Assembly: GCA_031549365.1 (NCBI GenBank)
Contig: JAVBPX010000003.1
Coordinates: forward strand, 37,602-101,601
Length of the DNA stretch: 64,000 nucleotides
Source of the DNA: Alphaproteobacteria bacterium
Lineage (GTDB): Bacteria; Pseudomonadota; Alphaproteobacteria; Rs-D84
Direction: 5' to 3'
Shown here piece after piece: positions 30,238 through 44,331 of this stretch. The number at the start of each line of letters is the position of its first letter. Within the stretch, counting starts at the first letter, position 1. Made by a program: the position numbers and the translations under genes. The notes below the pieces were generated by a model. It did no database searches and was not told where the DNA came from. It worked only from the letters and a program-made list of their open reading frames with translations.

Positions 30238-32316
30238 TTATTCAAATCCGATTGGGTCGCCGTATGACGCGACTTCTTGGCCCGCAATGAAACAAGAAAT
30301 ATCAGCGATTTCGGAATCATACGCATTGTTCAACATGATTTGGCGGGTAACCAAGAATCCTGTTGTTCCCAACGCAGCGCCACCAACGGCATCGGAAATC
30401 AAACGACCCGTTTTATTCAGCCCCTTGTTTTCTGCCAAATCTGCGCGGTCATCGACAGCGCTTTCCCATGCTTTTTGTTGTTCAGAACACTTGCTTGAAT
30501 CGTTCGAATTAGTACTCAAACATGAATCCAACTTGGTTTTCTCTGCTCTGATTTTTGCGTCAGCCTGGGTATAATCATTGGATTTTGATTGCTTGTTACC
30601 AATATTTGCAATCGCGTTATTGCCCCAAACTTCCATCAATCCGACACCGGCGCCCGCGGACAATAATCCAACACCAGTTGAAACCCATCCACGTTTGTTG
30701 CGGGCCGCTTTATCACCCGTGCGAATATCTTTTTTCAAATCAGATTCGCTGTGCCATCCGCCGCAAATTGTTTGGTCGGACATACGCATTTTTGCGCTGG
30801 ACAAATTTTTCAATTTTGGATTTGTCTTCGAAGACAATTCAACTGTTACCCAACATGTATTATCCAAATCATCGGTTGCAACGTTGGATGCATTCGAACG
30901 ACTGGCCCAAGTATAACTGCCATTATTTGTGATATCGGCAGCTTTACATTTTGAACGCAGGGCCATAGCGTCGGCCTTCATTTTATTTTTTATCAATGCA
31001 CTGGTATCTTCCAACAATTCTTGGAATACTGTGGCGCCATCATTACCGGATGATTTAACAGAATTCCATGCAGCGCGAACATTTGATTTGCCACCCCATG
31101 TTGAACTGGTCGAACCTTCGGCAAAGAATGTATCCTTGCAATCCGCATCATTTTTAACTGTTGCCATACACAATGAAGCCACAACTTCGGCATCCAATTC
31201 CTTGGCTGTTATATCATAACAACGACCATAATCAGCACCACATTCGGTTTTAATACATTTTTCAACGGATGCCTGACAGCTTTCACGCATTTGCGTAATC
31301 ATTCCGTCCGAAAAACTGGCGGATAATTCACCGTTCAATTTTACAACAAATCCAGCGGCATCATTTGTCCATAAATGTGTGAACAAACGTGATGCTTGAC
31401 CACCAGCTGCGACTGTGTATGCGTCCTGGCATGCCAGGGATGAATTTATAACTTCTGTACAGCCATTTTCAATTTGTGTGTTAACATTTGCGGCAGCTTT
31501 TAAATCAACGCGGCCCGACACTTTGGATTGGGTGTAACAAGCGGCCAACGAACCACCAGCACAATTATTTTGAACGCATTCGCGAACTTCGTTATAACAC
31601 AGACCTTGCTGTTTAACGATATTTTCAGCAACCAATACGGCCAATTTTCCCTTTAATATTTCATAACGATCATTGTAAACATCGTCGAATACGAAGCTGG
31701 CCTCGTCAGTAATAACTTCGTCGGACGCATTTGCTTGGGCATTAGCCATCATACGACATGCCTTGGCGCGACCAACGGTTTCCAAACAAGATTGTTTTAC
31801 GTATGCCTTGACATTCGTTGTCGAATTTCCGGTCGATTCAGTACATTTTCCCAAATTAACAGAACAAGTCGAAATCATACATTCGTCCATTGTTTTGTAA
31901 CATGCATCAACTGCATTTTCAGCAGTTAAAACGATTGCATCGGCGATTGACTTGTTCACCAATGATTCCAGAGCCTTTTTCCCAGCGGCATCACATGAAT
32001 TATAAACGTCGGCACAATAAACCTTGACCGCGTTAAATTCTTCAGATGTTGTACAATTTTCAAATGTTGATCCGCAAGCACTGTCACGGCGTAGGCATCG
32101 CATATATTCCGTTGCGCATTTGCCCGTTGTCAATGTTGTTGACGTAGATTGCTGGGTTTGTTGTTGCGTTTGATTTGATCCGCGAACTGTCCCAACGGTC
32201 AATACGCCACGTGCCCCTGCCATGCTGGCACGCGGTGCCGGCGTTGCAGCATTTGCCGTCGCAACCATTGAAATTGCGCCAATTATTCCATATAAACACA
32301 TCCGAAATCTGGACAT
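30238..32316 (-). CDS. Secreted Cys-rich repeat protein with C-terminal glycine-rich hydrophobic segments (paralogue of the 44-63 kb array)
   Basis: Signal peptide, repeated C-x6-C-x3-C helical units, GVGLLSAGAGVG and AVGGAALG segments; ARGVLTV shared with the 44332 gene. Confidence 0.85.
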   Translation of the reverse strand: MSRFRMCLYGIIGAISMVATANAATPAPRASMAGARGVLTVGTVRGSNQTQQQTQQSTSTTLTTGKCATEYMRCLRRDSACGSTFENCTTSEEFNAVKVYCADVYNSCDAAGKKALESLVNKSIADAIVLTAENAVDACYKTMDECMISTCSVNLGKCTESTGNSTTNVKAYVKQSCLETVGRAKACRMMANAQANASDEVITDEASFVFDDVYNDRYEILKGKLAVLVAENIVKQQGLCYNEVRECVQNNCAGGSLAACYTQSKVSGRVDLKAAANVNTQIENGCTEVINSSLACQDAYTVAAGGQASRLFTHLWTNDAAGFVVKLNGELSASFSDGMITQMRESCQASVEKCIKTECGADYGRCYDITAKELDAEVVASLCMATVKNDADCKDTFFAEGSTSSTWGGKSNVRAAWNSVKSSGNDGATVFQELLEDTSALIKNKMKADAMALRSKCKAADITNNGSYTWASRSNASNVATDDLDNTCWVTVELSSKTNPKLKNLSSAKMRMSDQTICGGWHSESDLKKDIRTGDKAARNKRGWVSTGVGLLSAGAGVGLMEVWGNNAIANIGNKQSKSNDYTQADAKIRAEKTKLDSCLSTNSNDSSKCSEQQKAWESAVDDRADLAENKGLNKTGRLISDAVGGAALGTTGFLVTRQIMLNNAYDSEIADISCFIAGQEVASYGDPIGFE

Positions 32317-32461
32317 ATTTTCCCCCTTTCATTACGTTTCATATGCTTTATTTTATCATATCGCCCCAATTCGCGCAAGCGGTAATGTCAATAAAATTGC
32401 GCCTTTGCTCTATAAAAAATTTTGTGGTTGATTTTATGATTTTTTCGTTCATCATACGCAC

Positions 32462-34045
32462 ATGATTAAAACAACAAATTTGAATTTTGATCCACAGACC
32501 CTGCCCCAAAATGTTCAGGCGGAACAAGCAGTATTATCAGCAATATTATTAAATAACCGTGCATGGGAAAAAATTTCGGATTTTTTACGCTCTGAGCATT
32601 TTTCACATCCTGCGCACGCAGCCATTTATTCTGTTATTGAACGCCAATTGGCGCGTGGATACCCGGTTGATAACGTTACTATTAAAAATTATTTGGACCA
32701 ACAGGGAATACTGGATGATGTTGGCGGAATTGGATATTTATCGGAATTGATGAACGCAGGGACTTCGGTTATGAACACCGAACAGTATGCACGACTGGTT
32801 TATGATCACGCATTACGTCGTCAATTAATTCATGTTGGACAAACGATTACTGAAACTGCTTTTGTTGAACATTTGGATTTGCCTGCGACCAAACAAATTG
32901 AAATCGCAGAACAACAATTATATGATTTGGCATCAACTGGTGAAATTGAACGTGGCGCAATTGGATTGGGCGCAGCGTTACGCGAATCGTTGGAAGCAAC
33001 CGAAATCGCATACAAACAGGATGGACAAATCGCGGGATTAACGACTGGCTTTGTTGATATCGATAAAAAAATGGGCGGATTGCATTCGTCCGATTTAATT
33101 ATTTTGGCGGGACGTCCGGGTATGGGTAAAACCGCATTGGCGTTAAATTTTGCATTTAATGCGGCGCATGAAATTGCGATGGGCCGAGTTTCCAAAAAGC
33201 ATTCCGGCGTTGTTGCATTTTTCAGTCTGGAAATGAGTGCAGATCAGCTGGCATCACGTATTTTATCCAACGTGGCCGAAGTTCCATACCACAAAATGCG
33301 TAATGGGACGATTACCGATTCCGAATTTATGACCTTGACAGAACGTTCACGCGTATTGGAAAAATTACCATTATATATTGATGATACCCCCGGAATTTCT
33401 GTTCCCATGATTCGGACACGTGCGCGCCGTTTAAAACGTATGCATGGCGGATTGGCGATGATTGTTATTGACTATATCCAATTGTTAACTGCGCCGGGCG
33501 GAAACAAATCCGACAATCGTGTCCAAGAAATTTCCGAAATGACACGTGGATTAAAAATGCTGGCCAAGGAATTAAACGTCCCTGTCGTTGCGTTATCCCA
33601 ATTATCACGTGCGGTTGAATCCCGTGATGATAAACGTCCAATTTTATCCGATTTACGTGAATCTGGATCAATCGAACAGGACGCCGACATTGTAACATTT
33701 ACATATCGTCATGAATACTATTTGCAAAATCGCGATCCGAGCCAAAAATTAAACGCCAAGGGCCCGGACATTCATCTGCGCTGGGAAGAGGAAATGAAGC
33801 GTGCAAAAAATCGCGCTGAATTCATTATTGCAAAACAACGTCACGGCCCAACAGGAACAATTCCAATGGGATTTTTTGGCGAATTTTCAAGATTCACTGA
33901 TATGTTACCGGGAACGTATGGGCCCGAAACTGTGCAACAAAATTATAATACTCCGACAGCCGGTGCGACACAAACTGTTGCGGAACCAACCATCGATGCG
34001 CCTGGCATTGAAATCCCTGACGATTTACCGGATGATTTCATCTAA
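32462..34045 (+). CDS. dnaB: Replicative DNA helicase
   Basis: LAGRPGMGKT, FFSLEMS, IDYIQL, SQLSRAVESR.DKRP.LSDLRESGSIEQDAD. Confidence 0.99.
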   Translation: MIKTTNLNFDPQTLPQNVQAEQAVLSAILLNNRAWEKISDFLRSEHFSHPAHAAIYSVIERQLARGYPVDNVTIKNYLDQQGILDDVGGIGYLSELMNAGTSVMNTEQYARLVYDHALRRQLIHVGQTITETAFVEHLDLPATKQIEIAEQQLYDLASTGEIERGAIGLGAALRESLEATEIAYKQDGQIAGLTTGFVDIDKKMGGLHSSDLIILAGRPGMGKTALALNFAFNAAHEIAMGRVSKKHSGVVAFFSLEMSADQLASRILSNVAEVPYHKMRNGTITDSEFMTLTERSRVLEKLPLYIDDTPGISVPMIRTRARRLKRMHGGLAMIVIDYIQLLTAPGGNKSDNRVQEISEMTRGLKMLAKELNVPVVALSQLSRAVESRDDKRPILSDLRESGSIEQDADIVTFTYRHEYYLQNRDPSQKLNAKGPDIHLRWEEEMKRAKNRAEFIIAKQRHGPTGTIPMGFFGEFSRFTDMLPGTYGPETVQQNYNTPTAGATQTVAEPTIDAPGIEIPDDLPDDFI

Positions 34046-34050
34046 AAATT

Positions 34051-34824
34051 ATGAAAAAAATATTTGAAATAATCTTTGCTGTTTGCGCAATTGTTACAAC
34101 TGCGTCATGCGCGTCGCATGATAAAAATAATATTCCGTATGGAAAATCAATACCTGACACCGCCGAATTTTTCATTGGGCAACCATATATTGTTGCACCA
34201 TTGGGCGAAGGCAAAGACGGCAAAATTGATAAATCCCCCCTGTTCAGATTTGATGGATTTGATTGCGTAACATATGTTGAAACAGTATTGGCATTACATT
34301 TATCCAGCGGCCAAAATGAATTTGAAAAAAACATGAATTCAGTTCGGTACGCCGATGGAAAAATTTCATACGAAAACCGAAATCATTTTATTGAATTGAA
34401 TTGGATAAAAAATAATTCCAAATATGTTACCGACATTACAAACACGCTGCCCGGGGCCAAATCCAAAACGATTCGCATTGATAAAAATTCATGGGCAAAT
34501 GCGCGCGAAATTTCAGCCAAATTTGAACCAGCTGAAAATGTAACTTTGCCATACATTCCACGTAATAAAATTGATTCGAGCACATTAAAAAAATTGCCAA
34601 ATACTGCAATAATAAATATTTTAAAATGGGACCCAAATGTTAATAAAAAAATCGGCACGGAATTATTTGTATATCACATGGGATTTTTAATTGATAATCG
34701 CGATTTCTATCACGCGTCAACATCGGGCGCTGTTGTTCGGGTTGATTTTATAAAATATATTGAATCAATGGGGAATAATTTTGTCGGAATAAATGTGTTG
34801 GAAATTCGCCCACAACCCCTATAA
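34051..34824 (+). CDS. DUF1460/AmiA-like NlpC/P60 amidase, probable lipoprotein
   Basis: TASC lipobox-like sequence, FIGQPY, FDCVTYVE catalytic Cys, RNHF, HMGF...HASTS. Confidence 0.85.
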   Translation: MKKIFEIIFAVCAIVTTASCASHDKNNIPYGKSIPDTAEFFIGQPYIVAPLGEGKDGKIDKSPLFRFDGFDCVTYVETVLALHLSSGQNEFEKNMNSVRYADGKISYENRNHFIELNWIKNNSKYVTDITNTLPGAKSKTIRIDKNSWANAREISAKFEPAENVTLPYIPRNKIDSSTLKKLPNTAIINILKWDPNVNKKIGTELFVYHMGFLIDNRDFYHASTSGAVVRVDFIKYIESMGNNFVGINVLEIRPQPL

Positions 34825-34838
34825 TTTTAGGGATTTTT

Positions 34839-35978
34839 TTATTTCACCAATCCGTTTTGTTTTTTCAATTTAATGATTCGATTGTACGATTCCCGAATAC
34901 GGGATTTTGAAATTTTACCATCCCGTACCAATTTAATCACCGTTGCATGTGTTTTGGACGCAATGTCTGGATCGTATGTCATGTTATTTCCCATTAACAA
35001 AATATCAACGCCTGCATTTATTGCTAATTCAATCACTGCATCCTGGCCCCATTCGTTGATAATTGCACCCATTTGCAAATCGTCTGTGATAACAACACCA
35101 TTATATTTCATATCACGACGCAAAATATCAATTGTGTTTTTAGACAAAGATGCCGGATATTTTTCATCAATTTTTGCATTCATAACGTGGGCCACCATAA
35201 CCATGCCCATCATGTCTGATTTTACCAATTCGTAATACGGCTTTAATTCATCGACATCCCACGTATTTGTAATATCAACCATTCCATGGTGGGTATCGGA
35301 TTTGCTGCTGCCGTGGCCTGGAAAATGTTTAAATGAAAATATAACATTTGATTTTACCAAACCATTTGCGAATGCCGCCGCGTGTTTTGTTACAACATTC
35401 GCGTCACGAGAAAAAGCACGTTCCCGTTTTGCAATGATTGGATTGCCCGGATTTGTCGCCAAATCAACATCCGGAGCATGATCAACATTAAATCCCAATT
35501 CATATAAACGTTTGCCCAAATCATATGCAACGCTATATGTATTTTCGATTGTCCCACGACCCAAAACAGCCGCCGATTGGGTTATTTTAAAACCAGCATC
35601 CGGTGTTAATCGATTAACCGTTCCTCCCTCTTGATCAATTGCGATAAATAATTTTTTGTTGCCAGATTTTGTCGCAACATTTTGTAAACGCACATTTAAA
35701 TTTTTTGTTTGTTGTGTCGACAAAATATTACGTGGGCCCAAATTTGTTGTAACGTCTTTGTTAAATAAAATCACACCGCCAACGTGTCCCGCTGCAATTT
35801 CAGATTCCAATATTTTTAAATCTTGTTCATATAAACCTGTGCCTGTACCACGAAATCCAACCAAAACCATTTGACCAACCATTTCAGATAATGATGGTCG
35901 CGTTGCATAATGATATGTTGTCGCACCCGCACATAAAATTAATGCAGCAATCAATACGCGTTTAATTGAATTTTTCAC
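34839..35978 (-). CDS. nagZ: GH3 beta-N-acetylhexosaminidase
   Basis: IDQEGGTVNRL, KHFPGHG...DTH, ITDDLQMGAI. Confidence 0.9.
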   Translation of the reverse strand: MKNSIKRVLIAALILCAGATTYHYATRPSLSEMVGQMVLVGFRGTGTGLYEQDLKILESEIAAGHVGGVILFNKDVTTNLGPRNILSTQQTKNLNVRLQNVATKSGNKKLFIAIDQEGGTVNRLTPDAGFKITQSAAVLGRGTIENTYSVAYDLGKRLYELGFNVDHAPDVDLATNPGNPIIAKRERAFSRDANVVTKHAAAFANGLVKSNVIFSFKHFPGHGSSKSDTHHGMVDITNTWDVDELKPYYELVKSDMMGMVMVAHVMNAKIDEKYPASLSKNTIDILRRDMKYNGVVITDDLQMGAIINEWGQDAVIELAINAGVDILLMGNNMTYDPDIASKTHATVIKLVRDGKISKSRIRESYNRIIKLKKQNGLVK

Positions 35979-36066
35979 AACATACCTCTTTGATTTTGCC
36001 CAGCTATTGTACTATCCAAAAAAATCATTTCAACTTAAAAACCCCGGGTTTAACCGGGGCTTTATG

Positions 36067-36498
36067 TTATTTGCGTTTCGCTGGCTTTTTAGCGGCTGAC
36101 TTTTTAGCGGCCGGTTTTGCCATTGGTTTTGCGGCGGCTGGTTTGGATTTTTTTTCATCCATGCCAACTTTTTTCTTTAAATCAGCAACTGATGTTTTTG
36201 TTTCCAACATCCAGTTATAAAATACAAATGCGGCTGTGGCAATATTTACCAACGACCACATAAACCATGAAAACCCAGGCAAAAATACAGGGTTAAACAA
36301 AATGAACACCAAAATCCATCCCGCAAACATAGGTGTGTTTTTGTTATTCCATGTTGTGTATGCTTGGTATCCCGCCAATACAAATACGAACAATTTTAAT
36401 AAACGATAATAAAATGCTGGCATTGGAAATAATGCCAAAATCAACATTATCGCAGCTGTTAATAAAATATATTTCATGTTATCAGTTATAAATTTCAT
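36067..36498 (-). CDS. Small membrane protein (DUF6804-like) with Lys/Ala-rich tail
   Basis: MPAFYYRLLK, ILFNPV, W..VN; tail KPAAAKPMAKPAAKKSAAKKPAKRK; AAGGAG RBS region. Confidence 0.75.
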   Translation of the reverse strand: MKFITDNMKYILLTAAIMLILALFPMPAFYYRLLKLFVFVLAGYQAYTTWNNKNTPMFAGWILVFILFNPVFLPGFSWFMWSLVNIATAAFVFYNWMLETKTSVADLKKKVGMDEKKSKPAAAKPMAKPAAKKSAAKKPAKRK

Positions 36499-36565
36499 TT
36501 CCTTACTCCTTGGTTTTGGAACCCGTCAATTGTACCATAAAAATAATGCACTTGCAAGAAATCCG

Positions 36566-37009
36566 TTATATTGATTTACCCTGGCAAATATAGTTCATTA
36601 TATGATCACCCAAATATCTTTTGTTATTTTCAGCCATATAAGAAACGAACGATTGCAATGCATCCGGACTTAATCCTAAATCTGAAACATTTGCGATTGA
36701 TTTATACAATTGTTTGTTTAAATTTTTAATCTCGGCGTTATGTTTTGCCATATCTATTGCCAGATTAATTTCACTTTTTCTCAACTTTTCATCGATGCTC
36801 GCACGTTTGGATGCGAATAAATCCATTTCCAACTTCCCAATAAATCCACGCGACTGATTGTATATTATGTATTGGTTTTGCATTTCAATATAATTTTTAT
36901 CATCCAAAATTGATTTTAATTTTCTGCTAAATTCTGGCGATTTTTCATGTAATTCGTTTAATTTTTCAACAATTTGATCTATTGGTACGGATTGTTTTTT
37001 TGCAAACAT
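36566..37009 (-). CDS. Hypothetical protein
   Basis: ATG 37009 behind GGTGG, helical composition. Confidence 0.6.
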   Translation of the reverse strand: MFAKKQSVPIDQIVEKLNELHEKSPEFSRKLKSILDDKNYIEMQNQYIIYNQSRGFIGKLEMDLFASKRASIDEKLRKSEINLAIDMAKHNAEIKNLNKQLYKSIANVSDLGLSPDALQSFVSYMAENNKRYLGDHIMNYICQGKSI

Positions 37010-37019
37010 TTTACCACCA

Positions 37020-37562
37020 TTACTTTGAACGAATAAACACTTTATCAAAAATCCGCCCAAATTTTGTTTGCTGCGGAATACGGCAAAATTCAGTGAAACA
37101 TTTTTCAATCTCTGGATAACGAGATAAAATAAAATCAAAATTGTTTGCGTCTACTTTCGGTTTTAATTTTTTAATGTCTTGGAATAATATTTTATTTTTT
37201 TCGATGAATTCGGAATTATTTTTATATTTTTGCTCGGCATATTGAACTTGTAAAAAATGCATTGTTAATACAAATCGGGATTCTGGGTTTTTAATTTTTC
37301 GCATTATATTTTTTATCAATGCTGTTTCCTGATCATATCCGCTGTTTGACATTTCAGCACGTGCATTTGCCGCAACAAAAATTGTCCCGACCAAGGTTGA
37401 AGTATTAACTAAAAATTTAGCATTTAATGAAAATTTTGCAATCTCCAGCATAGACCAATGAACAAGTTCTGCCATTGCTTCGGGATCTTCTTTGGCCAGT
37501 TTGGCCCATTGTTCCGATTTTTCTTTATTTTCTGTTGGGATTTCTGTTTTTAATTCGGCCAT
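37020..37562 (-). CDS. Hypothetical protein
   Basis: ATG 37562 behind AAAGGA; co-oriented with the next ORF. Confidence 0.6.
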   Translation of the reverse strand: MAELKTEIPTENKEKSEQWAKLAKEDPEAMAELVHWSMLEIAKFSLNAKFLVNTSTLVGTIFVAANARAEMSNSGYDQETALIKNIMRKIKNPESRFVLTMHFLQVQYAEQKYKNNSEFIEKNKILFQDIKKLKPKVDANNFDFILSRYPEIEKCFTEFCRIPQQTKFGRIFDKVFIRSK

Positions 37563-37795
37563 GATTTTATCCTTTGTATCCAATCAATATTTACACAATA
37601 AAAAATATTTATCAACAAAATAATGCCCAAAATAAATGAACCTCCACCGGCTTACACTGCCTGTATCATTTTAATACAAATTTCATTTGTCCCAATTTTT
37701 TCTGTGTCCCCTAAACAAAACTATCCGGAAATCTGCAAAAATTGGGATTGCCTACATCTACCTGCTAATGGGGTAGTTTTACGTTTGCAATATAA

Positions 37796-37819
37796 AAAAC
37801 CCACCGGATGGTGGGTTTT
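37796..37819 (-). terminator. rRNA operon terminator
   Basis: AAAACCCACC-ggat-GGTGGGTTTT hairpin with T-run on the minus strand, just downstream of 5S. Confidence 0.8.
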
Positions 37820-37858
37820 GAATAATTGTGCGGTTTTTATGTGTTGGTCATATGCTTT

Positions 37859-37975
37859 GTCCTGGCGGCGTCCTACTCTCCCGTGACTTAAGTCAAAGTA
37901 CCATCGGCGCTGTGGGGTTTCTCAGTCTGGTTCGAAATGGAGCAGTGAGTGGCTCCCACGCCAAAACCACCAGAA
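37859..37975 (-). rRNA. rrf: 5S rRNA
   Basis: Reverse complement has CTGGTGG...CCATTTCGAAC...GCCGATGGTACT...GGGAGAGTAGGACGCCGCCAGG; ends approximate. Confidence 0.93.
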
Positions 37976-38089
37976 CAAAGCATATGTCAATCATCAGTCA
38001 ATACTTGTATTATAATTATCATTAGTGTATTCGTTCATTTTATCAACTTGCGTTTCAAGCATGCTTGTTTAAATAATTAAACAAACAAA

Positions 38090-40844
<2,755 letters not shown>

Positions 40845-41155
40845 TTATGCTTGAAACGCAATTCGAAAATTGAATTTCAACATAAAAAAGCAAATGAACA
40901 GCTTTGTTGATTCTTGAACTTATTCTACTATTATTGAATTATTCTATTTCTTGAATTCCTGTTGGTTAAACCCAACAGATACCAAGACCTTATTTTTTAA
41001 TATTTTACTGATGTCAAATTATTATAACCGTTTCCGATTATAAAATTTAAACATAAAAACCTATTCACAATATAAGCAACTCCTGAATTTGCATTCAGAA
41101 GATTTAAGATGTCATAAACATCTTGAAACTTCTGATCGTTGTTTCCCTGAATAAA

Positions 41156-41232
<77 letters not shown>

Positions 41233-41249
41233 ATTCAAGGTTTGTTCAG

Positions 41250-41326
41250 TGGTGGAGCTAGACGGATTCGAACCGACGACCCCCTGCTTGCAAAGCAGGT
41301 GCTCTAGCCAGCTGAGCTATAGCCCC
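41250..41326 (-). tRNA. tRNA-Ala(TGC)
   Basis: GGGGCTATAGCTCAGCTGG...CCTGC-TT-TGC-AA-GCAGG...CCA. Confidence 0.97.
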
Positions 41327-41420
41327 AGCGTTAAAACAACATTCTTCAAAAAAAGAGATATTCAGATAGTCATGACGGGCGTCCAATTCTGCGTGAACAG
41401 TTGATTGGATCTTTCTCTAT

Positions 41421-42922
<1,502 letters not shown>

Positions 42923-43215
42923 TAAAAAAACTATAAGACTTTGTCCAAGCACTTTACATATTTATTATTTTCGCAAGACAAGACGAGATTTTTAATATTA
43001 AAATACTATAAAACCTTTCCTGTCTGGAATGTGCTTAAAAAGACATTTAGTCAATGTTTTGAATAAAACCTGCCTAACTATCTGCACATCCCTTCTTTTG
43101 ATGAGCTGCTTTATTCACAAAAGAAAACTTAACACGCCGTTATATTTAATCCGATTCGTATTAAGTCCTAGAATTTCGGGAGGTTGGAGAATGTTTCCAA
43201 CATCGAAGCTGACAT

Positions 43216-43244
43216 AATATATACACATCTTCCGACAAAGTCAA
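43216..43244 (-). promoter_or_regulatory. Probable rRNA operon sigma70 promoter
   Basis: Minus strand GC-TTGACT-N17-TATATT with an AT-rich UP-like region upstream, ~300 nt before 16S. Confidence 0.65.
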
Positions 43245-43398
43245 GCGGTAAAATCAAAAAAATTTAAAAAAAGTGCATTTTTTTGAAATTATTTTCATTT
43301 TTGGCAGATTTCAGCGGGCCATAAATGTATATTTTTTATAATCCAAACACAAAAAGCACAATTTTATATATAATAATGCGATTCGCATTGGTGGGATT

Positions 43399-43719
43399 TT
43401 ATTCCCGACCCGACTTTTTGGCGACGAATACTTCCGACTTTGGAAAGTTTTGTTCGTATAATTTTTTCATTTGGCGACGATCGCGAATTGGCTTGGTCGC
43501 CGTTTTAATTTTTTTGACGCCCATGGCCACACCACTGACTGGCAACCAAATGGGAGCCGTCACAAAAACAAAGCCCGTACCCACGGCAACCCCAAAAGCC
43601 GCAGCGCCGACCCAAAATGGATGAACTTTTTCCCAATTATATTTTGGGCCAATGCCGTATTTATTTGCCATTATTTTGGCACGTAATTTGTTAATGTCTT
43701 TTGCTTTGATCTGTTTCAT
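43399..43719 (-). CDS. Small basic membrane protein
   Basis: GAGGA RBS; Gly/Ala-rich hydrophobic hairpin (GAAAFGVAVGTG...VSGVAMG). Confidence 0.65.
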   Translation of the reverse strand: MKQIKAKDINKLRAKIMANKYGIGPKYNWEKVHPFWVGAAAFGVAVGTGFVFVTAPIWLPVSGVAMGVKKIKTATKPIRDRRQMKKLYEQNFPKSEVFVAKKSGRE

Positions 43720-43838
43720 ATTTTTATCCTCTGCCGACTATTTGGGATTTTATCACAAAATTTCAAGATTTGAAATGATAAAAAGACCACAAAGATCCAT
43801 TGTTTTGACGCATCAAACAAAATACCCTGAAATAAAAA

Positions 43839-44288
43839 AATTGCAATGATTGCCACGGAGTCGTGACTCCTCGCAATGACAATTTATATATACTGAATAT
43901 TTTTACTTTAATAAATTTAAAACATGCTCTCGTATAAATCCAGCCACATGGGATTTTTTGAATTTATCAAATCGTCTTTATTGGCGCGATTTCCTGCTTT
44001 TATTTGTTTTTCACGCTTTATCGCATGTTCGATTGAATCAAATGTTTCATAATATCCAAGCAATACCGTATTATGTTTTTGTGAATACCCTGTATAAATT
44101 TTATTTTTATGCTCCCAGACTCGACGTTTCAAATCGTTTGTAACGCCAGTATAAACAGACCGCCTTGATTTGTTAAACATTATATAAACGTAATAATACA
44201 TATATACATATTAAATAAAACAAATAGGATTTCAAATAATTTATTTGTCATTGCGAGGAGTCACGACTCCGTGGCAATCATTGCAATT
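43839..44288. mobile_element. GIY-YIG cassette with perfect 44-bp terminal inverted repeats
   Basis: 43839-43882 is the exact reverse complement of 44245-44288; each repeat has an internal palindrome. Confidence 0.8.
43917..44201 (-). CDS. GIY-YIG nuclease family protein
   Basis: YYVYIM...YTGVTNDLKRRVWEHK...YYETF..IEHAIKREKQIK...NPMWLDL. Confidence 0.92.
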   Translation of the reverse strand: MYYYVYIMFNKSRRSVYTGVTNDLKRRVWEHKNKIYTGYSQKHNTVLLGYYETFDSIEHAIKREKQIKAGNRANKDDLINSKNPMWLDLYESMF

Positions 44289-44289
44289 A

Positions 44290-44317
44290 AAAAACCCGGT
44301 TTGAAAACCGGGTTTTT
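44290..44317. terminator. Intrinsic terminator ending the Cys-rich array
   Basis: AAAAACCCGGTTT-ga-AAACCGGGTTTTT. Confidence 0.8.
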
Positions 44318-44331
44318 GTTTTATAAACCAA

